DNA of 64,000 bases, from the NCBI GenBank assembly GCA_951406725.2, contig OX597820.1, positions 80,352,001 to 80,416,000 of the forward strand, given 5' to 3'. A program made the translations under genes and the position numbers. The notes below the pieces were generated by a model, which ran no database searches, was not told the DNA's origin, and saw nothing but the letters and a program-made list of their open reading frames with translations. Positions 1 to 12,710 of the stretch are shown one piece after another (within the stretch, counting starts at the first letter, position 1; every line of letters starts with the position of its first letter). The DNA is from Octopus vulgaris (lineage: Eukaryota).

Positions 1-2865
1 CCCTCTTTGATCTCTTTCGGCACCCTCTTTGATCTCTTTCGGCACCCTCTTTGATCTCTTTCGGCACCCTCTTTGATCTCTTTCGGCACCTCTTTGATCT
101 CTTTCGGCACCCTCTTTGATCTCTTTCGGCACCCTCTTTGATCTCTTTCGGCACCCTCTTTGATCTCTTTCGGCACCCTCTTTGATCTCTTTCGGCACCC
201 CTTTGATCTCTTTCGGCACCCCTTTGATCTCTTTCGGCACCCTCTTTGATCTCTTTCGGCACCTCTTTGATCTCTTTCGGCACCCCCTTTGATCTCTTTC
301 GGCATCCCCTTTGATCTCTTTCGGCACCCTCTTTGATCTCTTTCGGCACCCTCTTTGATCTCTTTCGGCACCCCCCTTTGATCTCTTTCGGCATCCCTTT
401 TGATCTCCTTCGGCACCCTCTTTGATCTCTTTCGGCACCCTCTTTGATCTCTTTCGGCACCCCCCTTTGATCTCTTTCGGCACCCTCTTTGATCTCTTTC
501 GGCACCCTCTTTGATCTCTTTCGGCATCCTTTGATCTCTTTCGGCACCCTCTTTGATCTCTTTCGGCACCCTCTTTGATCTCTTTCGGCACCCTTTTGAT
601 CTCTTTCGGCCCTGACTTCTCTTTGATCTCTTTCGGCACCTCTTTGATCTCTTTCGGCACCTCTTTGATCTCTTTCGGCACCCTTTGATCTCTTTCGGAA
701 CCCTCTTTGATCTCTTTCGGCAACCTCTTTGATCTCTTTCGGCACCCTCTTTGATCTCTTTCGGCACCCTCTTTGATCTCTTTCGGCATCCCCTTTGATC
801 TCTTTCGGCACCCTCTTTGATCTCTTTCGGCACCCCCTTTGATCTCTTTCGGCACCCTCTTTGATCTCTTTCGGCACCCTCTTTGATCTCTTTCGGGACT
901 TCTCTTTGATCTCTTTCGGCACCCTCTTTGATCTCTTTCGGCACCCTCTTTGATCTCTTTCGGCACCCTCTTTGATCTCTTTCGGCACCCTCTTTGATCT
1001 CTTTCGGCACCCCCTTTGATCTCTTTCGGCACCCTCTTTGATCTCTTTCGGCACCCTCTTTGATCTCTTTCGGCACCCTCTTTGATCTCTTTCGGCACCC
1101 TCTTTGATCTCTTTCGGCACCCTCTTTGATGTCTTTCGGCACCCTCTTTGATCTCTTTCGGCACCCTTTGATCTCTTTCGGCACCCTCTTTGATCTCTTT
1201 CGGCACCCCCTTTGATCTCTTTCGGCATCCCCTTTGATCTCTTTCGGCACCCTCTTTGATCTCTTTCGGCACCCTCTTTGATCTCTTTCGGCACCCCCTT
1301 TGATCTCTTACGGCACCCTCTTTGATCTCTTTCGAGACTTCTCTTTGATCTCTTTCGGTACCCTCTTTGATCTCTTTCGGCACCCTCTTTGATCTCTTTC
1401 GGCACCCTCTTTGATCTCTTTCGGCACCCTCTTTGATCTCTTTCGGGACTTCTCTTTGATCTCTTTCGGCACCCTCTTTGATCTCTTTCGGCACCCTCTT
1501 TGATCTCTTTCGGCACCCCCCTTTGATCTCTTTCGGCACCCTCTTTGATCTCTTTCGGCACCTTCTTTGATCTCTTTCGGGATCCTTTCACCTCTTTGAT
1601 CTCTTTCGGCACCCTCTTTGATCTCTTTCGGCACCCTCTTTGATCTCTTTCGGCACTTCTCTTTGATCTCTTTCGGCACCCTCTTTGATCTCTTTCGGCA
1701 CCCTCTTTGATCTCTTTCGGCACCCCTTTGATCTCTTTCGGCACCCTCTTTGATCTCTTTCGGCACCTCTTTGATCTCTTTCGGACTTCTCTTTGATCTC
1801 TTTCGGCACCCTCTTTGATCTCTTTCGGCACCCTCTTTGATCTCTTTCGGCACCCTCTTTGATCTCTTTCGGCACCCTCTTTGATCTCTTTCGGCACCCT
1901 CTTTGATCTCTTTCGGCACCCTCTTTGATCTCTTTCGGCACCCTCTTTGATCTCTTTCGGCACCCTCTTTGATCTCTTTCGGTACCCTCTTTGATCTCTT
2001 TCGGGACTTCTCTTTGATCTCTTTCGGCACCCTCTTTGATCTCTTTCGGCACCCTCTTTGATCTCTTTCGGCACACCTCTTTGATCTCTTTCGGCACACT
2101 CTTTGATCTCTTTCGGGATCCTCTTTGATCTCATTTTGGCACCCTCTTTGGTCTCTTTCGGCACCTTCTTTGATCTCTTTCGGCACCCACTTTGATCTCT
2201 TTCGGCACCCTCTTTGATCCCTTTCGGCACACTCTTTGATCTCTTTCGGTACCTTCTTTGATCTCTTTCGGCACCCTCTTTGATCTCTTTCGGCACCCCC
2301 TTTGATCTCTTTCGGCACCCTCTTTGATCTCTTTCGGTACCCTCTTTGATCTCTTTCGGCACCCTCTTTGATCTCTTTCGGCACCCTCTTTGATCTCTTT
2401 CGGCACCCTCTTTGATCTCTTTCGGCACCCCCCTTTGATCTCTTTCGGCATCTCTCTTTTGATCTCCTTCGGCACCTTCTTTGATCTCTTTCAGCACCCT
2501 CTTTGATCTCTTTCGGCACCCCCTTTGATCTCTTACGGCACCCTTTTTGATCTCTTTCGGTACCCTCTTTGATCTCTTTCGGCACCCTCTTTGATCTCTT
2601 TCGGCACCCTCTTTGATCTCTTTCGGCACCCTCTTTGATCTCTTTCGGCACCCTCTTTGATCTCTTTCGGGACTTCTCTTTGATCTCTTTCGGCACTTCT
2701 CTTTGATCTCTTTCGGCACCCTCTTTGATCTCTTTCGGTACCCTCTTTGATCTCTTTCGGGACTTCTCTTTGATCTCTTTCGGCACCCCCTTTGATCTCT
2801 TTCGGCATCCCCTTTGATCTCTTTCGGCACCCTCTTTGATCTCTTTCGGCACCCTCTTTGATCTC
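1..2865. repeat. 22-bp tandem satellite/minisatellite, consensus CACCCTCTTTGATCTCTTTCGG, ~130 copies, runs off the window start
   Basis: Direct tandem periodicity. The minus-strand translation cycles every 22 aa (3 units), consistent with a 22-nt unit. Variant units recur (GGGACTTCTC, GGTACC, GGCATCCC). Confidence 0.98.
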
Positions 2866-2910
2866 GGTGCTCCAGCATGGCCGAAGTCAAATGACTGAAA
2901 CAAGTAAAGG
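2865..2910 (+). mobile_element. 3' tail fragment of the major tRNA-derived SINE abutting the satellite
   Basis: CGGTGCTCCAGCATGGCCGAAGTCAAATGACTGAAACAAGTAAAG matches the tails of full copies at ~22200 and ~42145. Confidence 0.85.
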
Positions 2911-3415
2911 AATATGTGTGTGTATGTGTGTGTTTGTGTGTGTGTGTGTCTCAAGAGACTGTTATTTCATTTCTGTAAATCTCCTGATATAATGAATTAG
3001 TTTCTGTTTGAATGTCGTCAGCGTATGGCAAAATGTATGCCTACATTTAATGATTATGTATGGATGATATGTTTCAATTAGGTTTTGTGCTTATAAAACT
3101 CATGTATCGGATTATGTACAGATTTCGTAAATCTGACATATTGCTGAAAAATCGATACATTTCTGATGCTAACAAAATTATAATAAAGATTTCATACAAC
3201 TTATTAACTTATTAACTGCCACGAAAATAAAACCGCAATCAACTGAGATGCATGTTTAGATTCATGGCGGCCGATATCTTGTCTGTGTCTAATTTATATT
3301 AGCGTTCTTCCCCGTGCGACTCTGCCGTAAAAGAAAATATCGTAAAATATCGTAAAAGTAAATATCGTAAAATATAAATACAATGATACTGCGATAGATA
3401 TCATTTGCAATACCT

Positions 3416-3635
3416 TCTCTCCCTTTCTCTCTCTCTCTCTCTCTCTCTCTGCCTATCTCTCTATCCCTATCTATCTCTGCCTCTCTCTCTCTCTCCCTCT
3501 TTCTCCCTCAGTCTCTTCCTCTTTGTCACTCAGTCTCTCTTCCCCTCCCTCTCTCTCCCTCTAACACACGCACATTCTCTCAGACACACTCTCACACACT
3601 GTCTCTCTTGCTCACACGCTCTCCTTCTCTCGAAT

Positions 3636-3666
<31 letters not shown>

Positions 3667-3779
3667 CTTTCTCTCTCCCTATATATTTATTTGTATAATA
3701 CATACAAACACGTGCACACACCTACGCACGTATATATTAAACTTGGTGCGTGCGCGTGTTATGTGCGTGTGTGTGTGTG

Positions 3780-3815
<36 letters not shown>
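3416..3815. repeat. (CT)n-rich then (GT)n microsatellite region
   Basis: Visible dinucleotide arrays. Confidence 0.9.
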
Positions 3816-3819
<4 letters not shown>

Positions 3820-4499
3820 CATCAAAGTGTAATAATGAACGTTATATTTGTCTTCGGTTTAACCCTATATTTAGTTTTCAAATGCCGATGAAATTATCGC
3901 TATTTGTTAACAGATATTTTGATAAAAATGTTTCATTTAACAGATATCCTGATGGGAATATTTCACCAACATTCCTCGTGTTGATGTTTTTGCCTGTATT
4001 CAATAACAGAAGGATTCTTTACATTCATACCAGAACAATCAGTTTTTCAGATGACAATGTATATTGGTTTAGCGACAACGTTGTGTTGCATAGGGAGCTC
4101 GTACCTTAATGACAATTACTGATTGCAATTACTGATTGCAATTACTGTTGGCAATTACTGATCACATGTGCGTGGCCTTCCACAGAATTGTGACGTAATC
4201 TACATTTTCGGCCGTATCCAAGAGGTTCACTTTTTCTTGTATTTATCGAAACTTTTGTTGCAGTCTCCTGCCTATGTATGTATGTATGTATGTATGTATG
4301 TATGTATGTATGTATGTATGTATGTATGTATAATTTTTTAAAAAGTTCTATTTAAGGTCTACTTGAGAAAGTTCAAGCCGATTGTTAACAAAGTAACAAA
4401 ACGTTTTGAGTTAAGAGAGATCCTGGTGTTTGTAAATACATGGTTTAGTTGGTGCGTTGGTTGAACTGTCGATGCTTGCAACAAAGCATGTGCATCTAT

Positions 4500-6265
4500 T
4501 TACCGAGAGAATTTCAGATAGATAACTTTTGCAATGTCTTACAGATCTTCATTGTGCCACTAATAGATTGGATTTGGAGAGTCCGCGTCAGTTTCTTTCG
4601 CTCTTTCTTCGTAAAACCAAGCCTTTCCATGTTTTTGTACTGATTTGTTGGTCCATAACTTAATGCACCCACGATGACAGGTCCAAACGAGAATTTTTAG
4701 TCAGACCACATGAGTTGTAAGCTTCGCATTGATTCACTATAAATGTTCTCTTTTTCCTGAACTTTTCATTCTACATGCACACCCACTGGGCAGCTGACCT
4801 CCACATCAGTGCATGGCTTTTGTTCCTTGTCCTACAGAACAATATCAAGTCTGTTATGTTTGCACCGAATTGCTGCTATCATTTCAGTACCCCACTTGTT
4901 TTCCAGATAGCATTGTAAACAGTCTTTGCTCCAAAATATCTACGAGATACTGCCTGCCCTCCGGAGGAAGTAACTATTTCGTAGATATTTTGGGGAAATT
5001 GCTGATGAAATGGTTGATATCTTCCCCACTGGTATAGCAGAGCCGACATCTTTTTTTTTTATCATAATGTAGAGGTTTGGTGGCACAGGTCCAGGAAGGC
5101 TACTCTTCCTGCCATTACTGTTGTTGCCCTATGGCTTACGGTATAGGTACCCATGTAGTGCTTTTTGCTTGTATGATGCCTGCTTCTCCTCCAAGCTTCT
5201 GCTTAAGTAGGCCAGTCCAGCTTCATTTGGGTCGCATGAGACAGTTGTCTTTTCAGAGTATCTGCACAGTAGTTTTTCTCCAATTCTGAAGATGTTGCTC
5301 TTATTTTTGAGTATGCACGGAATATACTCATTTCTTTCTTTACTGTTCTTCATCAGGTGTTGTCTAGGTGATACAATGCTACAGTCAAAGGCTGTTTGGG
5401 CTGAGCTTGTGCCTCTATCGTTACCGTTTCGACTCACATAAATCCAATTAGTGTTACTGCTAATGTGGAAGTTGCCAGTGGTAGTCAGTATCTTTCTGCT
5501 TTTGATGTCCGGGCTGCGTATCTCGTCCTGTGTCCAGTCCAATATCCCAAATGTTGGTACTAGCACGTGTACTGCAGAAGCATTGTGTAATATGGTCTTG
5601 TTAAATGCAGACAACTCTGAGTCCCATATTTCCCGAGGTCTGCAGAATTATTCTTTTTGCTATTCTGGCTTTAACCACAGCGCCAACGTATGAAACATTC
5701 TCAGCGATTCCGCGGTACTTGAAGCATTCATCATTAGAGGCAGGTGAGATAAACAAGCCGTTCGTGTAATATCCTCTGTCTGGCCGACAGTCTTGCCCAA
5801 ACTCCGTTCCTATATCTCGTGAGAGTGTTGTGACTAGTTCTAATTGTCTTTTGATATTGATCATGCCAGAATATAACTGTAGGTCATCAAGAAAAGCTGT
5901 GTGAGTGACATTAATTTTATTCTTTTCTTTTCTGCATGTAGCCTGGGCATTTTGTCAATAACGGCTGGCTAGGGATTCACAAATAACATTAAAACTATCA
6001 TCCTGAAATATGCCTGTTGATAGCTTCATTCTGTTTGTAACAATGGGTGTTGCTTTAGTAGTTATCAGTGATAACTGTGTAAACTGTGGTTCAGTCTTTT
6101 AATGGCATCCATTAGTACTTTGGCAAAGTATAGTGACTCTATCATCCATTAGTGAGGCAAAAGAGTCGAACGCCTTCTTGTAGTTTAGCCATAACATTAA
6201 GAGATGACGGGAGTGTTGCTTGGCTTCCTTAAGAACAGCTTTGTTGAGGAAGAGCTGTTCAACGT
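4500..6265 (-). mobile_element. Decayed non-LTR retrotransposon with RT and restriction-like endonuclease (R4/Dong/NeSL-like)
   Basis: Minus-strand remnants: LDY-KAFDS-like RT motif (~6170-6190), F.DDL.LY motif (~5880), CRLC..EDI.H zinc knuckle (~5000-5050), PD-x-D/VEVSCP RLE-like region (~4790-4860). Many stops and frameshifts. Confidence 0.75.
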
Positions 6266-7413
6266 AGTCTCACACTCAAGGGCCCGCGAACAGAGGATGC
6301 AGCGGGTGCTCCTGCAACCCTTGGAATTTTCAAGTCATACAAGATCAAAAAGTGCACCCCCTACATAATTTTACCAGTTTCAGAAAATAGTGTCTAAAAT
6401 ATTATCTGTATAAGATGTTTGAAGTTAGCTTTCGTTTCAAAGCAAAAACAAAGAACAAAAATAAATAAATGAAGCTGGGCTTAAAATTCCCAAGGGAATT
6501 CATGATTATCCAACTTCTGAAGCAAAGTAGCGTCAAAATAAAAAGTATGTGACAACAACAACAGTAGCAGCAAACAACATGACCAGCATCTACGGCTACT
6601 CTTCAATACATAGCATTACTTGGATTCTTGAAGACAGCTCTATTCTGACAAAAGTAACTCCGAAATTCTGCAATGCTGAAACTGTGTGAAGATTCTTGTC
6701 CTCTTTCTGTCACCTCTCAAGTTCTTTGCAGTTGATGTCGCTAAAGACTGACGACATGGTTGAATGGATTCGACTGTTTGACCACGGCCTAAAAATAAAA
6801 GCCTTTTTAAAATTTTTTCAGTCATATCGGTTTTCTCATTTAGGTTGTTAGGTCCAAAGTTTGAAAAGAGAACAAAATGATTTATTTTTATCTTTGATAT
6901 TTAATGCTCATTGTTAAATGCTTTGATATTTATTGCTCATTCGAAATACTAGTCCAGTTTAATAATAATAAAAAAAAGGGAAATATTTAACTATAAATCA
7001 TTGCAGACCAGCCCCGAAATTACCTAATTTGCGAAGAAATGTATTCGATAATTTCAGACTAATTTATATAAAAAGGAAATGATATTAAAAGTATTACCTA
7101 CCGTCATCCTGATGCGGTTAACGACGAAGATCACTTCAGAGGTGTTTTTTTTCGCTCATAAGTCTAACCCTAGCTGAGGCCAGCACACGGGCTAATATGC
7201 TTTTAACAGGGGTCTTTAATTTTACTAATCTTAGCTGGTCCGATGATTATATCCAACCTGGAATTAAGCAACTTAAATGGAGGGATACAAACGCTTTCCT
7301 CGATACAACAAATCATTACCCGTCCAATTAGGGGAAAATAACATACTCAACTTTGTCTTTATTCACAATATTCAGGTCATTCCCACAGCTATTATCTGTA
7401 TATGGTACAAAGA

Positions 7414-8375
7414 TATATCCCACTCGCAGCATGGATTTCTACCCCGAAGATCTTGCCTAACAAATCTTCTCCTTCTTGAAGAATGGATTACAAGGACCAT
7501 GGATGAAAAAGACTCGGTGGGCGTGGTATTTTTGGACTTCGCAAAGGCGTTTGACTCCGTTAATCACCGACTTCTCTTGCGCAAACTTCGAGCATTCGAG
7601 ATTCATCCATTGGTGACTTCGTAGATTTCTTCCTTCCTGAGCTATCGAACCTTTTGGGTGCAGATAAATGGAGATCTCTCCGCGGAGACGAATGCATGTA
7701 GCGGCGTTCCCCAGGGTTCGGTGCTGGGGCCAATACTTTTCCTACTCTATATCAACGACATGCCAGATTTTCTTGATGGAAGAGTTCTCCTATTTTCAGA
7801 CGACGTCAAACTTGTCTCGCCTAGGAATCAATACGCCATACTCCAATCGTCGCTGAACCGAGCTTGGAATTGGGCGGAAGAATGGGATCTGCCCTTGAAC
7901 ACCTAAAGTGAAGCCATTTGCCAATAGGTTCACCTCCAAACTCTCCCTTGACTATTGGCCACAAACATCAACATCTTAAGATGGTCACTGAAGAAAAGGA
8001 TCTCGGCATAATGATCGATACTACTTTCAAACCACCACAACAGGGTATCGAGGCGGCGAATAAAGCCAGAAGGAATCTTTTCCTCATCCACCGATCCTTT
8101 CAATGGACGTCTTTCGGCCTGTATACGTCACTCTAGTTCGACCCATCCTCGAATATTGGATCCATACCTCAAACCCATATCTCCAGGAAGACATTCAGCA
8201 CCTGGAATGGGTTCAGCACTTGGCCACCCGAATGGGCGCGGGCTTGTTTAAGCTTGTGTAAGAGGAACATCTCCAACGGCTGGCATTGCCTTCACTCGAA
8301 CGACGGAGGATGCAGGGAGATCTCAACCGGGTTTCAACGTCTTCAATAGACATGTAAACCTACCATTTGCGGAGA
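7414..8375 (+). mobile_element. CR1/L2 (Jockey-group) LINE reverse transcriptase fragment, pseudogenised
   Basis: QHGFLPRRSCLTNLL, VFLDFAKAFDSVNH, SGVPQGSVLGPILFLLYIND, FSDDVKL across ORFs 7277, 7658 and 7918, broken by stops and frameshifts. Confidence 0.92.
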
Positions 8376-8413
8376 TTTAAACCCCTGGAATGAGAGATTT
8401 TCACCGTTGGATG

Positions 8414-8620
8414 AGAGACTTCCTGGAAAGTTCCGAGAATGTGTTTTCCTGGAAAGTTCCGAGGATAAGAGACTTCCTGAAAAATTTTGAGATTGAGAGA
8501 TTCCGTGGAAAGTTCCGAGGATGACACTTCCTGGAAAGATCTGATCACCATTGTACATTACTCCCTGTACATTACACTGTAATTTACTCCCTGTACATTA
8601 CACTGTAATTTACTCCCTGG
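8414..8620. repeat. Short tandem repeats: ~5x (C)TTCCTGGAAAGTTCCGAG-type, then ~2.5x TTACTCCCTGTACATTACACTGTAAT
   Basis: Directly visible repeated units. Confidence 0.8.
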
Positions 8621-9999
8621 CCACAGTCAGCCACTACCAGCCCTATGGTGATCAGAGCTTGCTCTGGGCGCCATTGGGGTGATTGTCTACCACTACCAGC
8701 CCACAGTCAGCCCCATGGTGCCATTGCGGTCACTGATACTGTTGACATGACATGACATGGAGACAGATATATATATATATATATATGCATGCATACATAT
8801 TCCTCATAAACACTCTACCACTGCTACTAATAACTGTTGGTAACCATTTCAGACCTGCCTTACATTCCAACCGGAATCTCGAAAACATTGTCCCCTTACA
8901 TCTCATTCTCATTTCATTACCACGGCAGGCAAATAGAACTTACTTCTCGCGACGGGACAATGGAAGATGGTAACAGACATTAACCACATGCTACCTTGTC
9001 AAGTAAAATATATTGTCATCCACTTCACCTCTAACTTAGCGAACGGAGAGTTCAAACGACCCCACACCACTGATATCTTTCTTTATCCTTCTAGCTGTCT
9101 GCTTTCTTATTAATACGACAAAATTCATGTCCTGGCAAACAACATTCGGAACGGAATTCATAATTCCTGTCTTCTTTCCTCTTACCATTCCTCTCGTCTT
9201 CTTTTTCACAATATTGTTCTATCAAAGCAATACTGATTAACTAAAGCACATTAATTCATTTTGTTGAATTCGGTACGTAACCTTTTTCATTTGTAAATTG
9301 CATCAATTTCCATAAATGCAACAGCACGCGTTTCACTAAGGAAATATGAAACATTTCACTGCTATTTCTAGCACGCGCTGCTACCACGCATTAAAATTTA
9401 CTAATGTGTTTTTGCTTCTTCCTTAATGCAGTCCTGCAGACCTACCTACTTACCTCCTATAACTATTCCTACACTCACATGCAGCGTCAACGGCAGTTTC
9501 TGCTCCACGAGCACCACTAAACAAAGCTAAGCAATTCATCCAATTTCTCTTTCATTAACTCTTTTCTCATCCAATCTATACGGCAGAGCAGCCATGCATT
9601 GACAAACAACATCCCAAAAATTCATGTCCACACAAACCACAACATTCTCAACGCAATTCATAACCACTTTCTCCGTTGTTCTTACCATTCCCCTCGCCTT
9701 GCCTTTCACACCTGCTTCCATTTTCATTTTGATGTCATAACACTGTCATCTTATTTTACACGTTTACATTTCTACTACCAGTTCTTTATTACCGCAGCAG
9801 CTGCAAGTTTGCAACTTATCTACTCTTACATACTAACCCTTCAATTAATATTTAATACTTAACAGTGTATCTCATTGCATTTCATCATGTTTATTTTAGA
9901 TTATGCCCCGAAGGAAGAGTTCAATTGGACGAAAAACTGCGAAAGCTGCAAGATCATCAGCAAAAAGGAAAAATTCCTAAAATTCACTGAAGTTTGTAT

Positions 10000-11215
10000 T
10001 TGGAGGGGGAGTAGAAGACACAGTTGGAATGTGTTGAAACAGATATTTTTAAACTTTGGGATGATCCCCAGCTTTTTTTCTTCTAAATAAACAGCAGCCT
10101 GGTAGTCAATCATCGGTCTCGATTTATGACTATAAAGATGGCTCATGAGTGTAGCTTTACTGAGGCAGGGTCTTGCACAGACACTGTATGTCAGCGTCAT
10201 AGGAAGACCCTTACCGTCAGGAAGTGCAACAGGGATGCCCTTCCTGAAATCTCTCTTACTTTCTCATACGCAAATCGAGATTTCTCAGAAGTAGCTGTCG
10301 CCTCATGCACAATTCTTAACCAAGGCATCCCTAAACCTCCCTTTAAAGGCTTTTGACAGTAGATAGAGCGTTTCACAAGTGGCGACCTGCCCTTCCATAA
10401 AAAGCTAAAGAACTGTCTCTCCAATCTGATCAACCACGAATTTAATACAGCCTGTTCTGTTTGAATTAACAGGTGTACCGTGTGGCCGGTCCAATTTGCC
10501 TTTTCTGAAACGGTAGACTGAAGTATTGTTATCTCGTCTGCTCTTTCTGCCAGGACTGCCGCCATCAACCATATAGGGTCGACTTGAGGTAGGACCTTTG
10601 GTATTTATTTGTATTTTGGATGTCCTCATACCCATGTATTGGTATTAAAATCCCATCTTCTGTTTCCTGCAATTTCAATGTTTTTTTAGGTGTACCTCGA
10701 TGGTACCGAATTTTTTCCCTCTGGCTAGATATGTTATATCCTGCTAGATGGGCTTTAGACATTTTTCTACCTTCTCCTCGCTTACTCGCTCGACTTTTCT
10801 TTCTTTTCGGCAGAATGTTTTAAACATAATTGTTTTTTTCTTCTCTATCAATAAAAGCTCTTCTGCGGGTTGAACCTTGACAACGCCGTCTTGAATTTTT
10901 ATCATGTCTTTGTACATTAAAACGTCACTTTTCTTCGTCGACAGTTGGCGAGTTCTGTCTCCAGCTACAGACGCAAAACTTCTTTTCTGTTTACCCTCCT
11001 CTGTTTGAAGTCTTTTCACTTCGATAATCTTCCCTGCAACATCAGTCCTCGACAGTGGTGGGAATTCGCTCTTAGACGAATCCGTAACATCTTCCAACAA
11101 TACTCTTTCCACTTTTCTGGCATCCAAATCTGTCGAATCCTCGTCAGATAAATACACACTTTTTGGCATCCTGCCAGTAATTAGTGTCTCCCCTACAGGG
11201 GGAAACACACAATAG
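10000..11215 (-). mobile_element. L1/Tx1-clade LINE fragment (ORF2 C-terminal piece plus possible ORF1-like piece)
   Basis: RLERQFFSFLWKGRSPLVKRSIYCQKPLKGGLGMP is a typical Tx1/L1 post-RT motif. The upstream basic ORF (RSFASVAG) is ORF1-like. Confidence 0.65.
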
Positions 11216-11556
11216 ATTTCAGACGAAAACTATTATTCAAATTTTAACAGCAATTAAAACAGGCAACAACACGGAAACAGTCAACAGAAACTACACTTAC
11301 TATACAGACGCACTTCGGCAACAATACCAACACTTCCAACCCACACAGACGAAATACCAATTTCTTTATTGCCCACCGGGGGCCATACATAGAAATGGAC
11401 AGAACAACTGATGGGATCAGTGAAGCGATATGATTTTACATATAAGGTGAATTTAAAAATTTAAATACAATATAAAAAATCGAATGGAATTAACAATACA
11501 AAGACAATACAAATGAAGCGATGATCAGGCCACGCTCCGACCCCACAAGCGCCGAT

Positions 11557-12462
11557 CTACTGCTGGTACCTTTTTTTCCGTCTATTTACACGGTTCCTTG
11601 CACGCACAACACTCGTGCAACATGCTTCCATATCTTTTGGAACGTACACTTCGACAGACATCTCTTCTCCAGCCACAGCTTCCTTTTCAAATGAAAAGAA
11701 AAAATGATCGTAAATTGTGGCCAGAGATAAAGTCTTAATTCCTTTTATCCTAGTCTTCCATACTGCCTTTTTCGCTATTGCTACAACCGTGAGAAAACAA
11801 TTTTTACCTTCGTTCGTTAAAACTCCCGGTGGGTTAATTTTTATAATTGACTCTGTCGACAGCTGCACGCTTCCTTCGCCGGACAACAGGTGTTCAGCAT
11901 AAGCCCACATTTCAGTTATCTCCGGACACTGAACAATAGCGTGAGGGACGGTTTCCCTGTGCCCCACCCCCCGCATCTTGGACTGGTCGGCGACTGACGC
12001 TTACCGTGTCTTGCGAGCTTATCTATTTCTCTGTCCTTCTCCTCTCCCCTCTGTAGCATTGCCAGGTTAAGGACTTTTGGAAGTTGTTCTACATTCTCAA
12101 CAGGCTGTCCAGTTGAATAAACGCGAAACCTAGAGTCACCCCCAGGCCATCGTCGCATTCAGACTCTACCAATCCACTATATAAAACCCGTGTGGAACCC
12201 CCACCGCTGGCGTTGCCCGAGCGCCGGAATAGCAAGAGGGCCTTACGGCACTCTTTATGCCACTCACTCGACCTCGGTCTACGAGAACACCAGGCTTCCT
12301 GTTAGCAAAAACTTTTGAACTCGGGGAACATTTGTCTGGCCAGCGGAGGCCACACCCGTTCACTATCAAGGAGAATCCAGAGGTGCCTCAACCTCAACGC
12401 ATGTCTGTGCATCATTAACCAAGGCATCCCTAAACCTCTCTTTAAAGACTTTTGACAGCAGA
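11557..12462 (-). mobile_element. L1/Tx1-clade LINE 3' fragment with CCHC zinc knuckle
   Basis: CQKSLKRGLGMPWL (same motif as ~10330) and PRC...ETVPHAIVQCP...AVWKTR. Confidence 0.75.
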
Positions 12463-12710
12463 CGGAGTAAAATTTGAACTCAGAACGTAGCGGCAGAAGA
12501 AATACTGCTAAGCATTTCACCCGGCGTGGTAACGATTCTGCCAGCTCACCGGTTTCTTTCAGTTTCTGTTTATCAAATCCTCCCACAAGGCTTTAGTCAG
12601 CCTGAGGCTATAATAGAAGACACTTGCCCAAGGTGTCATGCAGTGGGACTGAACCAGGAACCATGTGGTTGGGAAGCATGCTTCTTACCTCATAGCCACA
12701 TTTGTGCCTA
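12462..12710 (-). mobile_element. Two adjacent SINE 5' fragments (GGCGAGCTGGCAGAA family and major TGGCTGTGTGG family)
   Basis: Reverse complements of the SINE heads seen at 45326 and 41797. Confidence 0.75.

Noticed and set aside
1-2865. CRISPR-like array
   Set aside because: Head-to-tail repeats with no unique spacers, no cas genes, eukaryotic context
2840-2880. Satellite derived from the SINE internal GGTCTCTTTTGCCGAACC segment
   Set aside because: Similarity limited to TCTCTTT; adjacency to a SINE tail is unremarkable at this SINE density
1308-2954. 548-aa ORF as a real protein
   Set aside because: Arises because the satellite lacks minus-strand stops; it starts in a (CA)n/SINE tail
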